Positions 49,583 to 58,954 of a stretch of DNA of 64,000 nt are shown in pieces. A model generated the notes under the pieces. That model was not told the DNA's origin and searched no databases. It saw nothing but the letters and a program-made list of their open reading frames with translations. The DNA lies in the NCBI GenBank assembly GCA_964490125.1, contig CAZBAJ010000001.1, positions 3,573 to 67,572 on the forward strand, written 5' to 3'. Each line of letters starts with the position of its first letter. Positions within the stretch are counted from its first letter, which is position 1. The translations under genes and the position numbers were made by a program. The stretch is from an uncultured Candidatus Saccharibacteria bacterium. GTDB taxonomy: Bacteria; Patescibacteriota; WWE3; UBA101185; UBA10185.

Positions 49583-50470
49583 CTACCCATGGATTATTCT
49601 AAACTTTCGGTTTGAGTTAAAAATTCTTACTAATTTTTCAAAATTTTCATCGGGGTTTTGCAGTAGGCGTGCTAGGTTGTCTATTTCTCGTAGGTCGTTT
49701 TCTTTTATTGTTGGGAATACTTTTAAAAAGGCCATATCTACGGTGTTAGTATAAATAGGCTCATTATTCATTAGGCAGTGAAAATCGTAAAAGAGTTCCC
49801 ATGCTATGACGACTAGTCCTTGCGTACCTCCACTATTTTGAAAATAACCCGGATTAACTTTGCCGCTCCTTACCCTAAGCCAAGCATCAGCCGAGAAATC
49901 AAATAAGTCTTTAGGTAAGTCGTAGGGGTCGAATTTAATATAAGGTTCTATGCTGACATCGACATCTATAGATATCCAGCGGCTTTCAACAATATTCCAA
50001 TACTGGGTTATCCAATGATCCCAACTGCACCCCTTCATATCTTCGTATTCGAAATAAGGAGCAAAACCCGATCTGACGCGAGCGGGAATCCCCCTTGTTT
50101 TTAGCATCGATGCCACAAGTATTGCTACATTTCTACAACTAACAATTAAGCTATTTTCTTCTGTACATTCTAAAGTTAGACCCCGTGGGTCTCTCCTAAA
50201 AAGCTCCGAAAGCATCGAAGATGTCGTTGTGAAAACATCGTCCTCTCTGCACCTGTACCAAGGTACTTTTGTCATATCGCCATAGCGCAGGTCTTTGTTG
50301 GTTTGGGTGTTTCCGATTTCCAGAGCGTGTGCGTCGATGACACTTTTTCTAATTAAGTATCCAATTTTCTCTATGTCACTCGTTGGCAAACTCTTTAGAT
50401 AATCGGCATAACAGCCGGGAAAGGTTGCGTGCGAGTATTTTGTGTAGTAATCCAAGATAGTTTGATTCAT
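49583..50470 (-). CDS. transglutaminase-like cysteine-protease-fold protein
   Basis: VSCRNVAILVASMLKTRGIPARVRSGF (Cys), SWDHW (His), downstream Asp: Cys-His-Asp core of transglutaminase-like superfamily. Confidence 0.65.
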   Translation of the reverse strand: MNQTILDYYTKYSHATFPGCYADYLKSLPTSDIEKIGYLIRKSVIDAHALEIGNTQTNKDLRYGDMTKVPWYRCREDDVFTTTSSMLSELFRRDPRGLTLECTEENSLIVSCRNVAILVASMLKTRGIPARVRSGFAPYFEYEDMKGCSWDHWITQYWNIVESRWISIDVDVSIEPYIKFDPYDLPKDLFDFSADAWLRVRSGKVNPGYFQNSGGTQGLVVIAWELFYDFHCLMNNEPIYTNTVDMAFLKVFPTIKENDLREIDNLARLLQNPDENFEKLVRIFNSNRKFRIIHG

Positions 50471-50507
50471 GGGTGAATATTACAACCGAAAAATTTTAAT
50501 TACAACT

Positions 50508-51305
50508 TCATTCAATCGGTAAGAAAATCTCAAAAACTTGTTGGGTTGTGTCTGCGTTTACTTTCCAATATATTTCAAAGTCGGAAACTTTATTTTTCAC
50601 TTTGATTCTGTTGATCCTGCAATATTTTTCCAACTCTTTCCAAAACAGTGAAAGCATTTCTCCAGCACCACTGTGTTTATAAGAAATCACCTTTCCTGGG
50701 CTAAAGGTCATATGTCGTACAACATTCTTAAACTCCGGTTTTATGGCGATATCTTTGTCACTAAAAACGCATATTTTAATGTGGCAATTTTTTGGACGAT
50801 AGCCCTGATCCTCAAAAACAGCCATTGTGGTTAAACCGTCGTGAGGTTTTTCGATCATATTTATTAGCTCGCTACAATACATGCCGATTTTTGAGTAGGC
50901 GCCTATTTTGTCGATGTAGTAAACGCTAAGAGGTTGAAATACCGAAATTTTAGGTTTGATCATGGTCCGATTTGTTTTAAGATTTTCCAAGAAATTATCA
51001 ATATTTTTTAAGTTAAATTCTAGAGTACTCATTTCCTTTAGTATTGTCGGGCGTTTTTCCTTAAATAGTTCAACCAATTTTCCATGATTATTTAGATACT
51101 CCTTTATTTCTTTTAGAGAAATACCTAGCGTTGTGAGTAGTAAAACCATCTGATAATCTAAAATCTGTCTTTGGGAATAATACCGAAACCCCCGCAAGTC
51201 GATCCTTTCCGGTTTTAGGACACCTTTTTGGTCGTAGAATAAAATCGTTCGTTTTGTTGTACAGGCGAGTTTTGCGAACTCGCCCGGTGTTATAAAAGCG
51301 TCCAT
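50508..51305 (-). CDS. MerR-family transcriptional regulator with C-terminal GyrI-like effector-binding domain (BmrR-like)
   Basis: N-terminal MerR HTH (ITPGEFAKLACTTKRTILFYDQKGVL), long coiled linker, about 150-aa C-terminal domain of GyrI-like size. Confidence 0.8.
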   Translation of the reverse strand: MDAFITPGEFAKLACTTKRTILFYDQKGVLKPERIDLRGFRYYSQRQILDYQMVLLLTTLGISLKEIKEYLNNHGKLVELFKEKRPTILKEMSTLEFNLKNIDNFLENLKTNRTMIKPKISVFQPLSVYYIDKIGAYSKIGMYCSELINMIEKPHDGLTTMAVFEDQGYRPKNCHIKICVFSDKDIAIKPEFKNVVRHMTFSPGKVISYKHSGAGEMLSLFWKELEKYCRINRIKVKNKVSDFEIYWKVNADTTQQVFEIFLPIE

Positions 51306-51307
51306 AC

Positions 51308-51345
51308 TTGACTATAACCTCGCGTTACACCTTATTATAGCATCC
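51308..51345 (+). promoter_or_regulatory. MerR-type promoter for the UvrA paralog: TTGACT - 19 bp - TATTAT
   Basis: TTGACT 51308-51313, TATTAT 51333-51338, 19-bp spacer, ATG at 51349; divergent MerR gene starts at 51305. Confidence 0.55.
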
Positions 51346-51348
51346 ATT

Positions 51349-53607
51349 ATGTCTAATATAGTTATAAAAGGAGCGCGCGAGCACAACCTTAAAGGTGTTG
51401 ATATAACGATACCTCGCAACAAGGTTGTGTGTTTTGTGGGTGTGTCGGGTAGCGGAAAGTCCACAATTGCCTTCGATATCGTCGCAAAAGAGGGGCAAAG
51501 GCAATATTTTGAAAGTTTGTCGGCTTATGCCCGCAGGTACTTGCAAAAGAGCAATCGTCCTGATATTGACGATATCAAGGGAATATCTTCCACAGTTATT
51601 ATTAGTCAAGACAGGCTTACCAAGAATCCGCGTTCGACTGTTGGTACTGTGACTGAAACTTACACCTACCTTAGGTTGTTGTACTCTAGAGTAGGTTGGC
51701 CTCCAATGGACTCTTCCAACTATTCGTTTAATCATCCCGACGGTTTTTGTCCAAGATGTAAGGGTCTAGGTAGGGCCATGGATGTGGACATAAATAAATT
51801 AGTCGATGTGAGTTTATCTCTTAACGAGGGGGCTATAAAATATAGCAACTGGCGAGTGAATAGTATGTATTGGAAGATTGTTAGAGAAAGCGGATATTTT
51901 GATATGGACAAAAAGCTTAAAGATTTTAGTGAAAGCGAAATGAACAAGTTGCTCTATTCCAAGAAAGAGACACTGGATGACAGGGTAGGAAACGGTGTAA
52001 TCCACCCAACCTATAAGGGTATAGTAACTCATCTGCTCGGGCGTGGTTCTAGTGCAGTTAGAAGTGTAAACGATGAGGAACTAAGCTATTTTAGTTATAT
52101 AGATTGCCCTTTGTGTCACGGTTGGAGAATAAGTCAAAAAGCTTTGGAGGTTAAGTTAAATGGATTGAATATCGGCGAAGTCGGTAATTTGCCTATCTAC
52201 GATTGTCTAAGTTTTGTGCAAAGTATTAAGCACCCGCATGCCGATGTAATTAAGCCCAGACTGGAACTCCAACTCCAGCATTTAATAAACGTGGGTGTAG
52301 GGTATTTATCACTAAACAGGACTACGGATACTCTGTCGGGTGGAGAGTCGCAAAGAATAAAAATGGCAAGACAGCTCGGTTCCGACTTGACAGAGACAAT
52401 TTATGTTTTGGACGAGCCAACTGCGGGTCTGCATCCTCGCGATGTCGACAAGGTTATTGAGAACTTAAGAAAATTAAAGGACGGCGGAAACACTGTTTTA
52501 ATAGTTGAGCATGATCCGGAGGTTATAAAGTCGGCTGACTACATCATTGAAGTTGGACCTGGCGGTGGAAAAAAGGGTGGAAACATTGTTGCAACGGGTT
52601 CTTTAACCGAGATTAAAGCCAATCCAACATCTATAACAGCCAAGTACATAAATGGCAGTGACAAGATACGGTTGCCTGAAGAATATAGAGAAAGAAACGG
52701 TAATATAAGTATTGCAAATGCTTCAACCCACAACCTAAAAAATATAAGCGTTGACATTCCGACAGGCGTGTTGGTGGCGTTAACCGGTGTTTCAGGTAGT
52801 GGGAAGAGCTCGTTGGTGGAGGAAATTTGTAGGCAGTACCAGCACAAAGTCACGCTTGTTGATCAGAGCGCTGTGGGTGCTAACCAAAGAGGCTGTATTG
52901 CTACCTATACGGGAACCTTTGACATTATCAGAAAGCTCTTTGCTCAAGAAAATAAAGTCAGCGTTAGTTTATTTAGCTACAACAGTAGCGGTGCTTGTGA
53001 AGACTGCAAAGGTTTAGGTCATATGGATGTTGATATGAATTTTTTAGGTGACATCAAGATTAAGTGTCCCAAGTGTAATGGGAAAAGGTATAAGCAGGAA
53101 GTATTGAAGTATTTATATAAAGGTAAGAGCATAGATCGGGTTTTAGAAAGTACAGTTGAGGAAGCGCTAGAGTTTTTTGATCAAAAAGAAATAAAAGTTA
53201 AGCTTGCAATGTTGGCAGAAGTCGGACTAGATTATATAGAAATTGGTCAGTCTTTGGACACCTTATCGGGCGGGGAATCTCAAAGATTAAAGTTAGCCAG
53301 TCGTTTGCAAGCAAAGGGTGAGTTTTATATCTTGGACGAGCCCACTTCCGGCCTTCACCTTGCTGATGTAGAAAAGTTACTCAAACTTTTGAATCGCCTG
53401 GTTGACAATGGGAACACTGTTTTGGTAGTCGAGCATAATTTAAAGATTATTGTGTCCAGCGATTGGGTTATCGATTTAGGACCCGATGGTGGCGATAAAG
53501 GCGGGGAACTGATCGTCCAAGGAACACCAAAAGATATTTTAAGTTGTGACCAGTCGTATACCGCAAAGTATTTAAGGGGAACGGTAAGTTTGGAAAATAA
53601 AGCTTAA
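51349..53607 (+). CDS. UvrA paralog (class II, short; DrrC/UvrA2-like)
   Basis: two ABC ATPase modules (GVSGSGKST twice), four CxxC zinc modules, ABC signature LSGGESQR twice; 752 aa, lacking UvrB-binding/insertion domains. Confidence 0.85.
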   Translation: MSNIVIKGAREHNLKGVDITIPRNKVVCFVGVSGSGKSTIAFDIVAKEGQRQYFESLSAYARRYLQKSNRPDIDDIKGISSTVIISQDRLTKNPRSTVGTVTETYTYLRLLYSRVGWPPMDSSNYSFNHPDGFCPRCKGLGRAMDVDINKLVDVSLSLNEGAIKYSNWRVNSMYWKIVRESGYFDMDKKLKDFSESEMNKLLYSKKETLDDRVGNGVIHPTYKGIVTHLLGRGSSAVRSVNDEELSYFSYIDCPLCHGWRISQKALEVKLNGLNIGEVGNLPIYDCLSFVQSIKHPHADVIKPRLELQLQHLINVGVGYLSLNRTTDTLSGGESQRIKMARQLGSDLTETIYVLDEPTAGLHPRDVDKVIENLRKLKDGGNTVLIVEHDPEVIKSADYIIEVGPGGGKKGGNIVATGSLTEIKANPTSITAKYINGSDKIRLPEEYRERNGNISIANASTHNLKNISVDIPTGVLVALTGVSGSGKSSLVEEICRQYQHKVTLVDQSAVGANQRGCIATYTGTFDIIRKLFAQENKVSVSLFSYNSSGACEDCKGLGHMDVDMNFLGDIKIKCPKCNGKRYKQEVLKYLYKGKSIDRVLESTVEEALEFFDQKEIKVKLAMLAEVGLDYIEIGQSLDTLSGGESQRLKLASRLQAKGEFYILDEPTSGLHLADVEKLLKLLNRLVDNGNTVLVVEHNLKIIVSSDWVIDLGPDGGDKGGELIVQGTPKDILSCDQSYTAKYLRGTVSLENKA

Positions 53608-53674
53608 CCACTAGTTTCGTACTCTCAAAAACCCAGGTCACAATAATGATAAAATTATCTACACTAAGAAAAAT

Positions 53675-54574
53675 TTGGCAGTAATTATGGTCCCAAAAAT
53701 AACCGAACTCCAAGCCAAGTCGATTTTTACCAAATCCGGATTGCCTGGGTCGGATTGGGTAATTAATCCGTACAACGGTTGTTTATTTGGTTGCATGTAT
53801 TGTTACGCGGCGCAAATTGCTAGGTGGAAACATCCTAATGAGCAGTGGGGTACCTATTTAGATGTCAAACTAAAAGCCCCGGAGTTGCTAAAACAAGAGC
53901 TTGCCAAGTTGGAAAAACGCCATAAAACCAAGGATTTTGGCTCGGTATTTTTTAGCTCTGTTACGGATCCGTATGTGGGCGTGGAGGCAAAATACCGGCT
54001 AACCCGGCAGTGTTTAGAGGTTTTGGCGGACTTTGGATACGCGGGTGCGGTTTCGGTTCAGACCAAGTCGCCCCTAGTTACGCGGGATATTGATATGCTT
54101 GCCCGCCTAAAAAATGCTTCTGTAGGTTTTACTATTACTTCTTTGGACGACAAAATCTCCGCTTTTTTGGAGGTAATGGCGCCACCTATAAGTCATCGGT
54201 TGGATGCGTTAAAAAAGTTGCACGACGCAGGGATTTCCACCTACGCATTTGTCGGTCCTATTTTGCCGCATTTTCTCGTCGACCAGCAGATTTTAAAGAT
54301 ACTGTTAGATGAGTTGCAGGAAGTTGGCGTGACCGAGGTTTGGTTTGAGCATATAAATTTAAGTCCAAAAATTAAGGAACGCCTGTACGACTATTTGCGT
54401 AAAAAGGCTCCGGAGTTGATTGAGGTTTTTGACCAAGCTAATACACAGGAGTATCGTAATCAGTTGGACGACTTTATTGTTGCGGAAATGAAATCCCGTG
54501 GGTTGACGCTAGGGCTTAACAAAGTGATCCACCACCGGAGTTTGCCAAAGAAAGACCTTATTAATCTTGCTTGA
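53675..54574 (+). CDS. radical SAM protein, SplB / DNA-repair-photolyase-like (COG1533)
   Basis: CxxxCxxC cluster in PYNGCLFGCMYCYA near N-terminus; about 300 aa TIM-barrel size. Confidence 0.75.
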   Translation: MAVIMVPKITELQAKSIFTKSGLPGSDWVINPYNGCLFGCMYCYAAQIARWKHPNEQWGTYLDVKLKAPELLKQELAKLEKRHKTKDFGSVFFSSVTDPYVGVEAKYRLTRQCLEVLADFGYAGAVSVQTKSPLVTRDIDMLARLKNASVGFTITSLDDKISAFLEVMAPPISHRLDALKKLHDAGISTYAFVGPILPHFLVDQQILKILLDELQEVGVTEVWFEHINLSPKIKERLYDYLRKKAPELIEVFDQANTQEYRNQLDDFIVAEMKSRGLTLGLNKVIHHRSLPKKDLINLA

Positions 54575-54664
54575 TTTTTTCTAGGGGATTTGGTAACATA
54601 CGGCAGATCGAAAGATTAAGAATTCGGTGGCTAAAGGGCTCCTTTACGGAGTCCTTTGTGCATC

Positions 54665-55408
54665 TTAAGGAGTTATTTCCTTTCTCCAACAGATAAAATC
54701 CTTAATATCGAAGATGTCGAAGATGAATAAACCCTCCTTTTTAAGCTCGTTTAGTTCGGCCGAAATTCTTCCAGCCGTCCCAAAAACTACAGCGTTTCTA
54801 TTGCTTTTTAAGATTCTTCTAAGCGGGTCGTAAAAGTCGCTGTCTCCACTCCACAATATAAAATTTTGGGTTTTTCCTTTTTCGCTTTCCAAGAGCATGT
54901 CCACCGCCATCTCGACATCAAAGTTGCATTTTCTCTCCTCGATAAAATATTCTCCCCTTCTGTTCATATCTACAAAACAACCATTTAGGTATTTGATTGT
55001 TGGTGAGGTATATCTTCTAAGTAAGGCTGGGCTTATAAATTGGCGAAGTAACTCTGTTGAAGTCGGTACGATCCTTCTTGCGTCTATTTTTAATCTCATT
55101 ATCTTTACGGGTTTTGTTTGCAATGTGTAACCCAGTCTATTTATGTCATATATTTCTTTTTGCGCGTTAGGGTCGTTTTTAAGGTAGCCGTTGTAAAGGC
55201 TAACCGATTTAACGGTATCGAAAGAGTCCAAGAACTGTTTTAGCCTCTTTAATTCAATATGCCAACCAAGCTTTGTACTCCAAGGTCTTACATTAGCATA
55301 GTCAATATAAACCGCGGTAGGTTGGGCAAACACGGCTTCTAGTTTTGTTATTACATTGGGATGTAAATTAGCAAGCACCTTTATTTTGTCGGTTTTTGGT
55401 GTAAACAT
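54665..55408 (-). CDS. NYN-domain (LabA-like PIN-fold) protein
   Basis: AVYIDYANV..., FDVEMAVDML, WSGDSDFYDP acidic motifs. Confidence 0.7.
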   Translation of the reverse strand: MFTPKTDKIKVLANLHPNVITKLEAVFAQPTAVYIDYANVRPWSTKLGWHIELKRLKQFLDSFDTVKSVSLYNGYLKNDPNAQKEIYDINRLGYTLQTKPVKIMRLKIDARRIVPTSTELLRQFISPALLRRYTSPTIKYLNGCFVDMNRRGEYFIEERKCNFDVEMAVDMLLESEKGKTQNFILWSGDSDFYDPLRRILKSNRNAVVFGTAGRISAELNELKKEGLFIFDIFDIKDFICWRKEITP

Positions 55409-55601
55409 AAATGCTCAGAAGTGTTCAGGTCATACTATCAATATTTGTCCAAAAGTCAATACATATTTATTGTTAGGTACCCATTTATTCGGGCGACTTG
55501 TGAACTAATGCCCTTTCCTTCAATTCAAATAAACGCCTTTCTCTAAACCGTTTTAGTACTATTTTAATGCGCTATATCCCTAGTCGTACTATAATACCCA
55601 C

Positions 55602-56777
55602 ATGTTAATAGAACTCTCCCCCGACCAAGATCTTGCCCGCAAGTTTATTATGGATTGGTACAACTCAAAAAGTCGCCCGCCGTACATTACTTTGGGAGGC
55701 TATGCGGGCACGGGCAAGACCACGCTCATTACTTATTTACGGCGCCAGCTCAAAGTCGACCATAAAAAGCTAAAAGTGGCGTTTTGTGCTTATACGGGCA
55801 AGGCCACGCAGGTTTTAAAACGCAAGCTGGCGGAGCATAACGCTGTGCATTTTGGCGACGAAGTGCGGACGATCCACTCGCTTATTTACAAAGCTATAAC
55901 GGACGAACATGGGTTTATTATTGGTTGGCGACGGCGGGACAGCCTGGACACGGAGCCTAATTTACTAATTGTAGACGAAGCAAGTATGGTTGATCAGGAA
56001 ATTTGGCAGGACTTACTTTCTTACCATGTACCTATTATAGCGGTGGGCGACCATGGTCAGCTTCCCCCCGTGTCGGGTGACTTTAACTTAATGCAAAACC
56101 CGCACTTGAAGTTGGAAAAAATCCATCGCCAGGCGGAGGAAAATCCAATTATTAAACTTTCTGTTATAGCACGGGAAACCGGTTTGATACCGCACGGTGA
56201 CTACGGCGACCATGTTTTTAAAGCAACGCCTGCTGATGCGTCCACCATGCTAGAAAACATTTTTTGTAACTTTTCTTCCGACCAGTTAGTTTTATGCGGT
56301 TATAATTCAACCAGGGTTAAGCTAAACGCCACAATAAGGAACGCCTTGGGTTTTGAAACGCCGGAACCGTACCCGGGTGACAGAGTGATTTGTCTGCGCA
56401 ACAATAGGCAAAAAGAGGTTTACAACGGGATGTTGGGGTACCTAGAGTATATTAATAGGCTGTCTAAAAATAAATACCTAATTGAGGTCGCCATGGATTC
56501 TTATGAAGAAGGTCATACCTATTCCGGAGTTGTTTCCGCGGAGCAGTTTGGCGCGCAAAAAACACTAAATAACATTTTAGGGTACGCAAAAACTAAGGAG
56601 ATGGACTTGTTTGACTTTGGGTACGCGCTTACAGTTCACAAAGCGCAGGGGAGTCAGGCAAAAAAGGTGGTGGTGTTTGAGGAGCGCTTTTCCCGCGACA
56701 CTGAAGAGGACTGGCGCCGTTGGCTGTACACCGCTGTCACCCGCGCGGAGGAGGAACTTTTAATTGTAGGGAATTAA
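55602..56777 (+). CDS. RecD/Dda-like SF1B DNA helicase
   Basis: GGYAGTGKTTL Walker A, LLIVDEASMV Walker B, C-terminal ...VTRAEEELLIV. Confidence 0.8.
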   Translation: MLIELSPDQDLARKFIMDWYNSKSRPPYITLGGYAGTGKTTLITYLRRQLKVDHKKLKVAFCAYTGKATQVLKRKLAEHNAVHFGDEVRTIHSLIYKAITDEHGFIIGWRRRDSLDTEPNLLIVDEASMVDQEIWQDLLSYHVPIIAVGDHGQLPPVSGDFNLMQNPHLKLEKIHRQAEENPIIKLSVIARETGLIPHGDYGDHVFKATPADASTMLENIFCNFSSDQLVLCGYNSTRVKLNATIRNALGFETPEPYPGDRVICLRNNRQKEVYNGMLGYLEYINRLSKNKYLIEVAMDSYEEGHTYSGVVSAEQFGAQKTLNNILGYAKTKEMDLFDFGYALTVHKAQGSQAKKVVVFEERFSRDTEEDWRRWLYTAVTRAEEELLIVGN

Positions 56778-57311
56778 AACGCCTTCGGTTTAAATCCCGG
56801 TTTGTTTAGTATTTTTATACCGTTCCGTTTCTTGGTTATGGCAAATAATCCCTCTTTTTCAATTTCGCCCGCCCGAGCGTTTGTAAGTTTTTCGCTGGCT
56901 AAGGCGCCGTACACTTTGGTATTAATTAATAAATGGCTGTGAGAACTTTTAAAACGGGGGATGATATTTTCAACCAAGTCCACGACATCATTGTAGCTTG
57001 CTGTTTTTACTACTTTTATTACCACAGCATTGACTGGATTGTGCGCTACAACATCATAAATAAAACCGTCAATATCGGTGAGGTTTTTAATAATAATGTC
57101 AAACCTTGTCTTACGAAGTCTTTTCCTATGCTGGAGGTAAAAAATATAGACGGTCTTTAAAGCCAATCTCCTCATCGGGAAAATTCTCTTTGTACAGTTT
57201 TTGAAATTCTCTGTCGATTTGTCGCTCAAGTCGTTTTTCTTCACGGGTATCGGCGATAAGTTGCTTATACTTTGCAAATAACTCATCTTTGGTTAGATTC
57301 TCTATCTTCAT
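56774..57311 (-). pseudogene. hypothetical gene split into two overlapping frames at an A6/T6 tract (possible frameshift or sequencing error)
   Basis: ORFs 57126..57311 (61 aa) and 56774..57286 (170 aa, N-terminal 55 aa look non-protein-like) overlap in different frames around homopolymer 57139..57144. Confidence 0.3.
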
Positions 57312-57339
57312 TCGTAAATTTTAACAAAATTCTTGGAAG

Positions 57340-57801
57340 TTGGTCTATAATAAGGCTATGGAAAGTTTAGTCGACGAATTAAGGTTGGCGCGAACGGCTG
57401 TTATTGAGGCAGTTTCTAAAGTCGCCAGGAATAAACGAGAGGTTGTGTTTTTAGGCGACTGGACATTAAAGGATTTAATCGCGCATTTGACGGGCTGGGC
57501 TAATTATCAGCTTGAGGTTATTAAAGATGTCCAAACAGGCAGGATTCCCAAAGAACCCGGAAGTATTGACGGGTTTAATGAAAAATCTACTAGAAAAAGG
57601 GCGACGCAGTCTTGGGAAAAAACATATTCAGAATTTTTGGACGCTAGCCAAAAACTTATCGACACCTATCAGAAGTTACCAAACGATTTGTGGGATACCT
57701 TGCTTTGGGAAGACAAAAAGACGACTTTGAAAAAGTTTATTAATATTGAGATACGACATTACAAGAAAACACATTTGCCACAAATTTTAAAACTGGTATA
57801 G
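57340..57801 (+). CDS. ClbS/DfsB-family (DUF1706) four-helix-bundle protein
   Basis: WTLKDLIAHLTGW matches the W[ST][VL]KD[VL][IL]AHL..W hallmark of ClbS-like proteins. Confidence 0.6.
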   Translation: MVYNKAMESLVDELRLARTAVIEAVSKVARNKREVVFLGDWTLKDLIAHLTGWANYQLEVIKDVQTGRIPKEPGSIDGFNEKSTRKRATQSWEKTYSEFLDASQKLIDTYQKLPNDLWDTLLWEDKKTTLKKFINIEIRHYKKTHLPQILKLV

Positions 57802-57820
57802 CGTTTTGCAATCCCCGCTA

Positions 57821-58492
57821 TTACTTCAGTATGTATTGGGATTTAACACTATAAACGCAATAAGGTTTCCAGTTAATTTTTAAAACGCAAAGATCGATTT
57901 CAGGCCATTTATTTTCCAGCTTGATAATTTCCCTTTCGTCAAGCCAAATACATTTTTGGAGCTTCATTTTGTCCTTTTGGTTAATCGTAATCGAAGTTTT
58001 ATAAACTCCAAAAGCGTCGTCAAATATAGTATCACCGCTTTTTGTAATAACCGTTTTCATATGTAAAGAGTCGAATGTAAAATCTGTATAAGGGATATGT
58101 AAACCTGTTTCGTCGTAGAAAATTCTGGGCAAGGCATCTTCCAGGCTTTCTCCAAATAACGGCGAGCCACTTGGTAAATTGTAGAAGGTCTGCTGGTTGC
58201 TTTCATGGGGTTTGATCAGAAAATCCTCGCCGCAACTACAAACAAAGCCTACAAAGAACATTTTAAAAGCATCGTCCTTTAGATCCGTTTTTTGAAAAGT
58301 AGACAGAGTGGTTAACCCTTTAGCCGTAATAAAATACTTGTCGTTGTGTTTTTCCACCAAGTCACCTGATATCAGTCGTTTTAAATGAAAAACAATATTG
58401 TCCTCGGCATCGTAGCCACGCGCTAGAGAAGAGAATGTCCGTCCATTTTCGTCGACTAGTCTTTTGATCAGCAGTTTCTGGAGTGTGTGCAT
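57821..58492 (-). CDS. NUDIX hydrolase with N-terminal winged-helix domain
   Basis: Nudix box GSPLFGESLEDALPRIFYDETGL (Gx5Ex7R...ExG); N-terminal 70 aa wHTH-like. Confidence 0.7.
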   Translation of the reverse strand: MHTLQKLLIKRLVDENGRTFSSLARGYDAEDNIVFHLKRLISGDLVEKHNDKYFITAKGLTTLSTFQKTDLKDDAFKMFFVGFVCSCGEDFLIKPHESNQQTFYNLPSGSPLFGESLEDALPRIFYDETGLHIPYTDFTFDSLHMKTVITKSGDTIFDDAFGVYKTSITINQKDKMKLQKCIWLDEREIIKLENKWPEIDLCVLKINWKPYCVYSVKSQYILK

Positions 58493-58571
58493 AAGTGTAG
58501 TTTACTACACTAGAAGGCAGGTTGCGGACAGTATACAATTGCCGTACTAGTAAGATAGAGAGGAGGATACC

Positions 58572-58952
58572 ATGATTATCAAATTGTTTGCTGTGTGTTT
58601 ATTGGTAGGCGACTTTGAGAAGTCGCTTAACTTTTATAAGGATGTTCTGGGATTGAAGGTAAAGTCGCAGGAGGGAGACAGCTTTGCAAATTTTGAGCTT
58701 GAAGGTACGGAACTGGCGATTTTCCAGAAAGATGACGCTACAGCCATGTTCCCCAAAAAATATATGGGTAATGGTGGTGGTTCTGTTTTGGGTTTTCAGG
58801 TTGGGGAACTGGATAAATATTGTCGTGAACTTAGTCAAAAAGGTGTAGAGACAATTGAAGGACCAAAAACCACTCCGTGGGGACAAAAAGTGGCGTATTT
58901 TAGGGATCCGGATAATAATATTTGGGAGGTTTCTGAACCTTTCGAGGAATAA
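58572..58952 (+). CDS. VOC-family protein (glyoxalase/bleomycin-resistance fold)
   Basis: 126 aa, paired beta-alpha-beta-beta-beta modules, ...FRDPDNNIWEV C-terminal motif. Confidence 0.8.
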   Translation: MIIKLFAVCLLVGDFEKSLNFYKDVLGLKVKSQEGDSFANFELEGTELAIFQKDDATAMFPKKYMGNGGGSVLGFQVGELDKYCRELSQKGVETIEGPKTTPWGQKVAYFRDPDNNIWEVSEPFEE

Positions 58953-58954
58953 GT

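Noticed and set aside
51325-51735. 136-aa minus-strand ORF overlapping the UvrA-paralog start
   Set aside because: Antisense to the well-supported UvrA N-terminus and the MerR promoter; non-protein-like composition.
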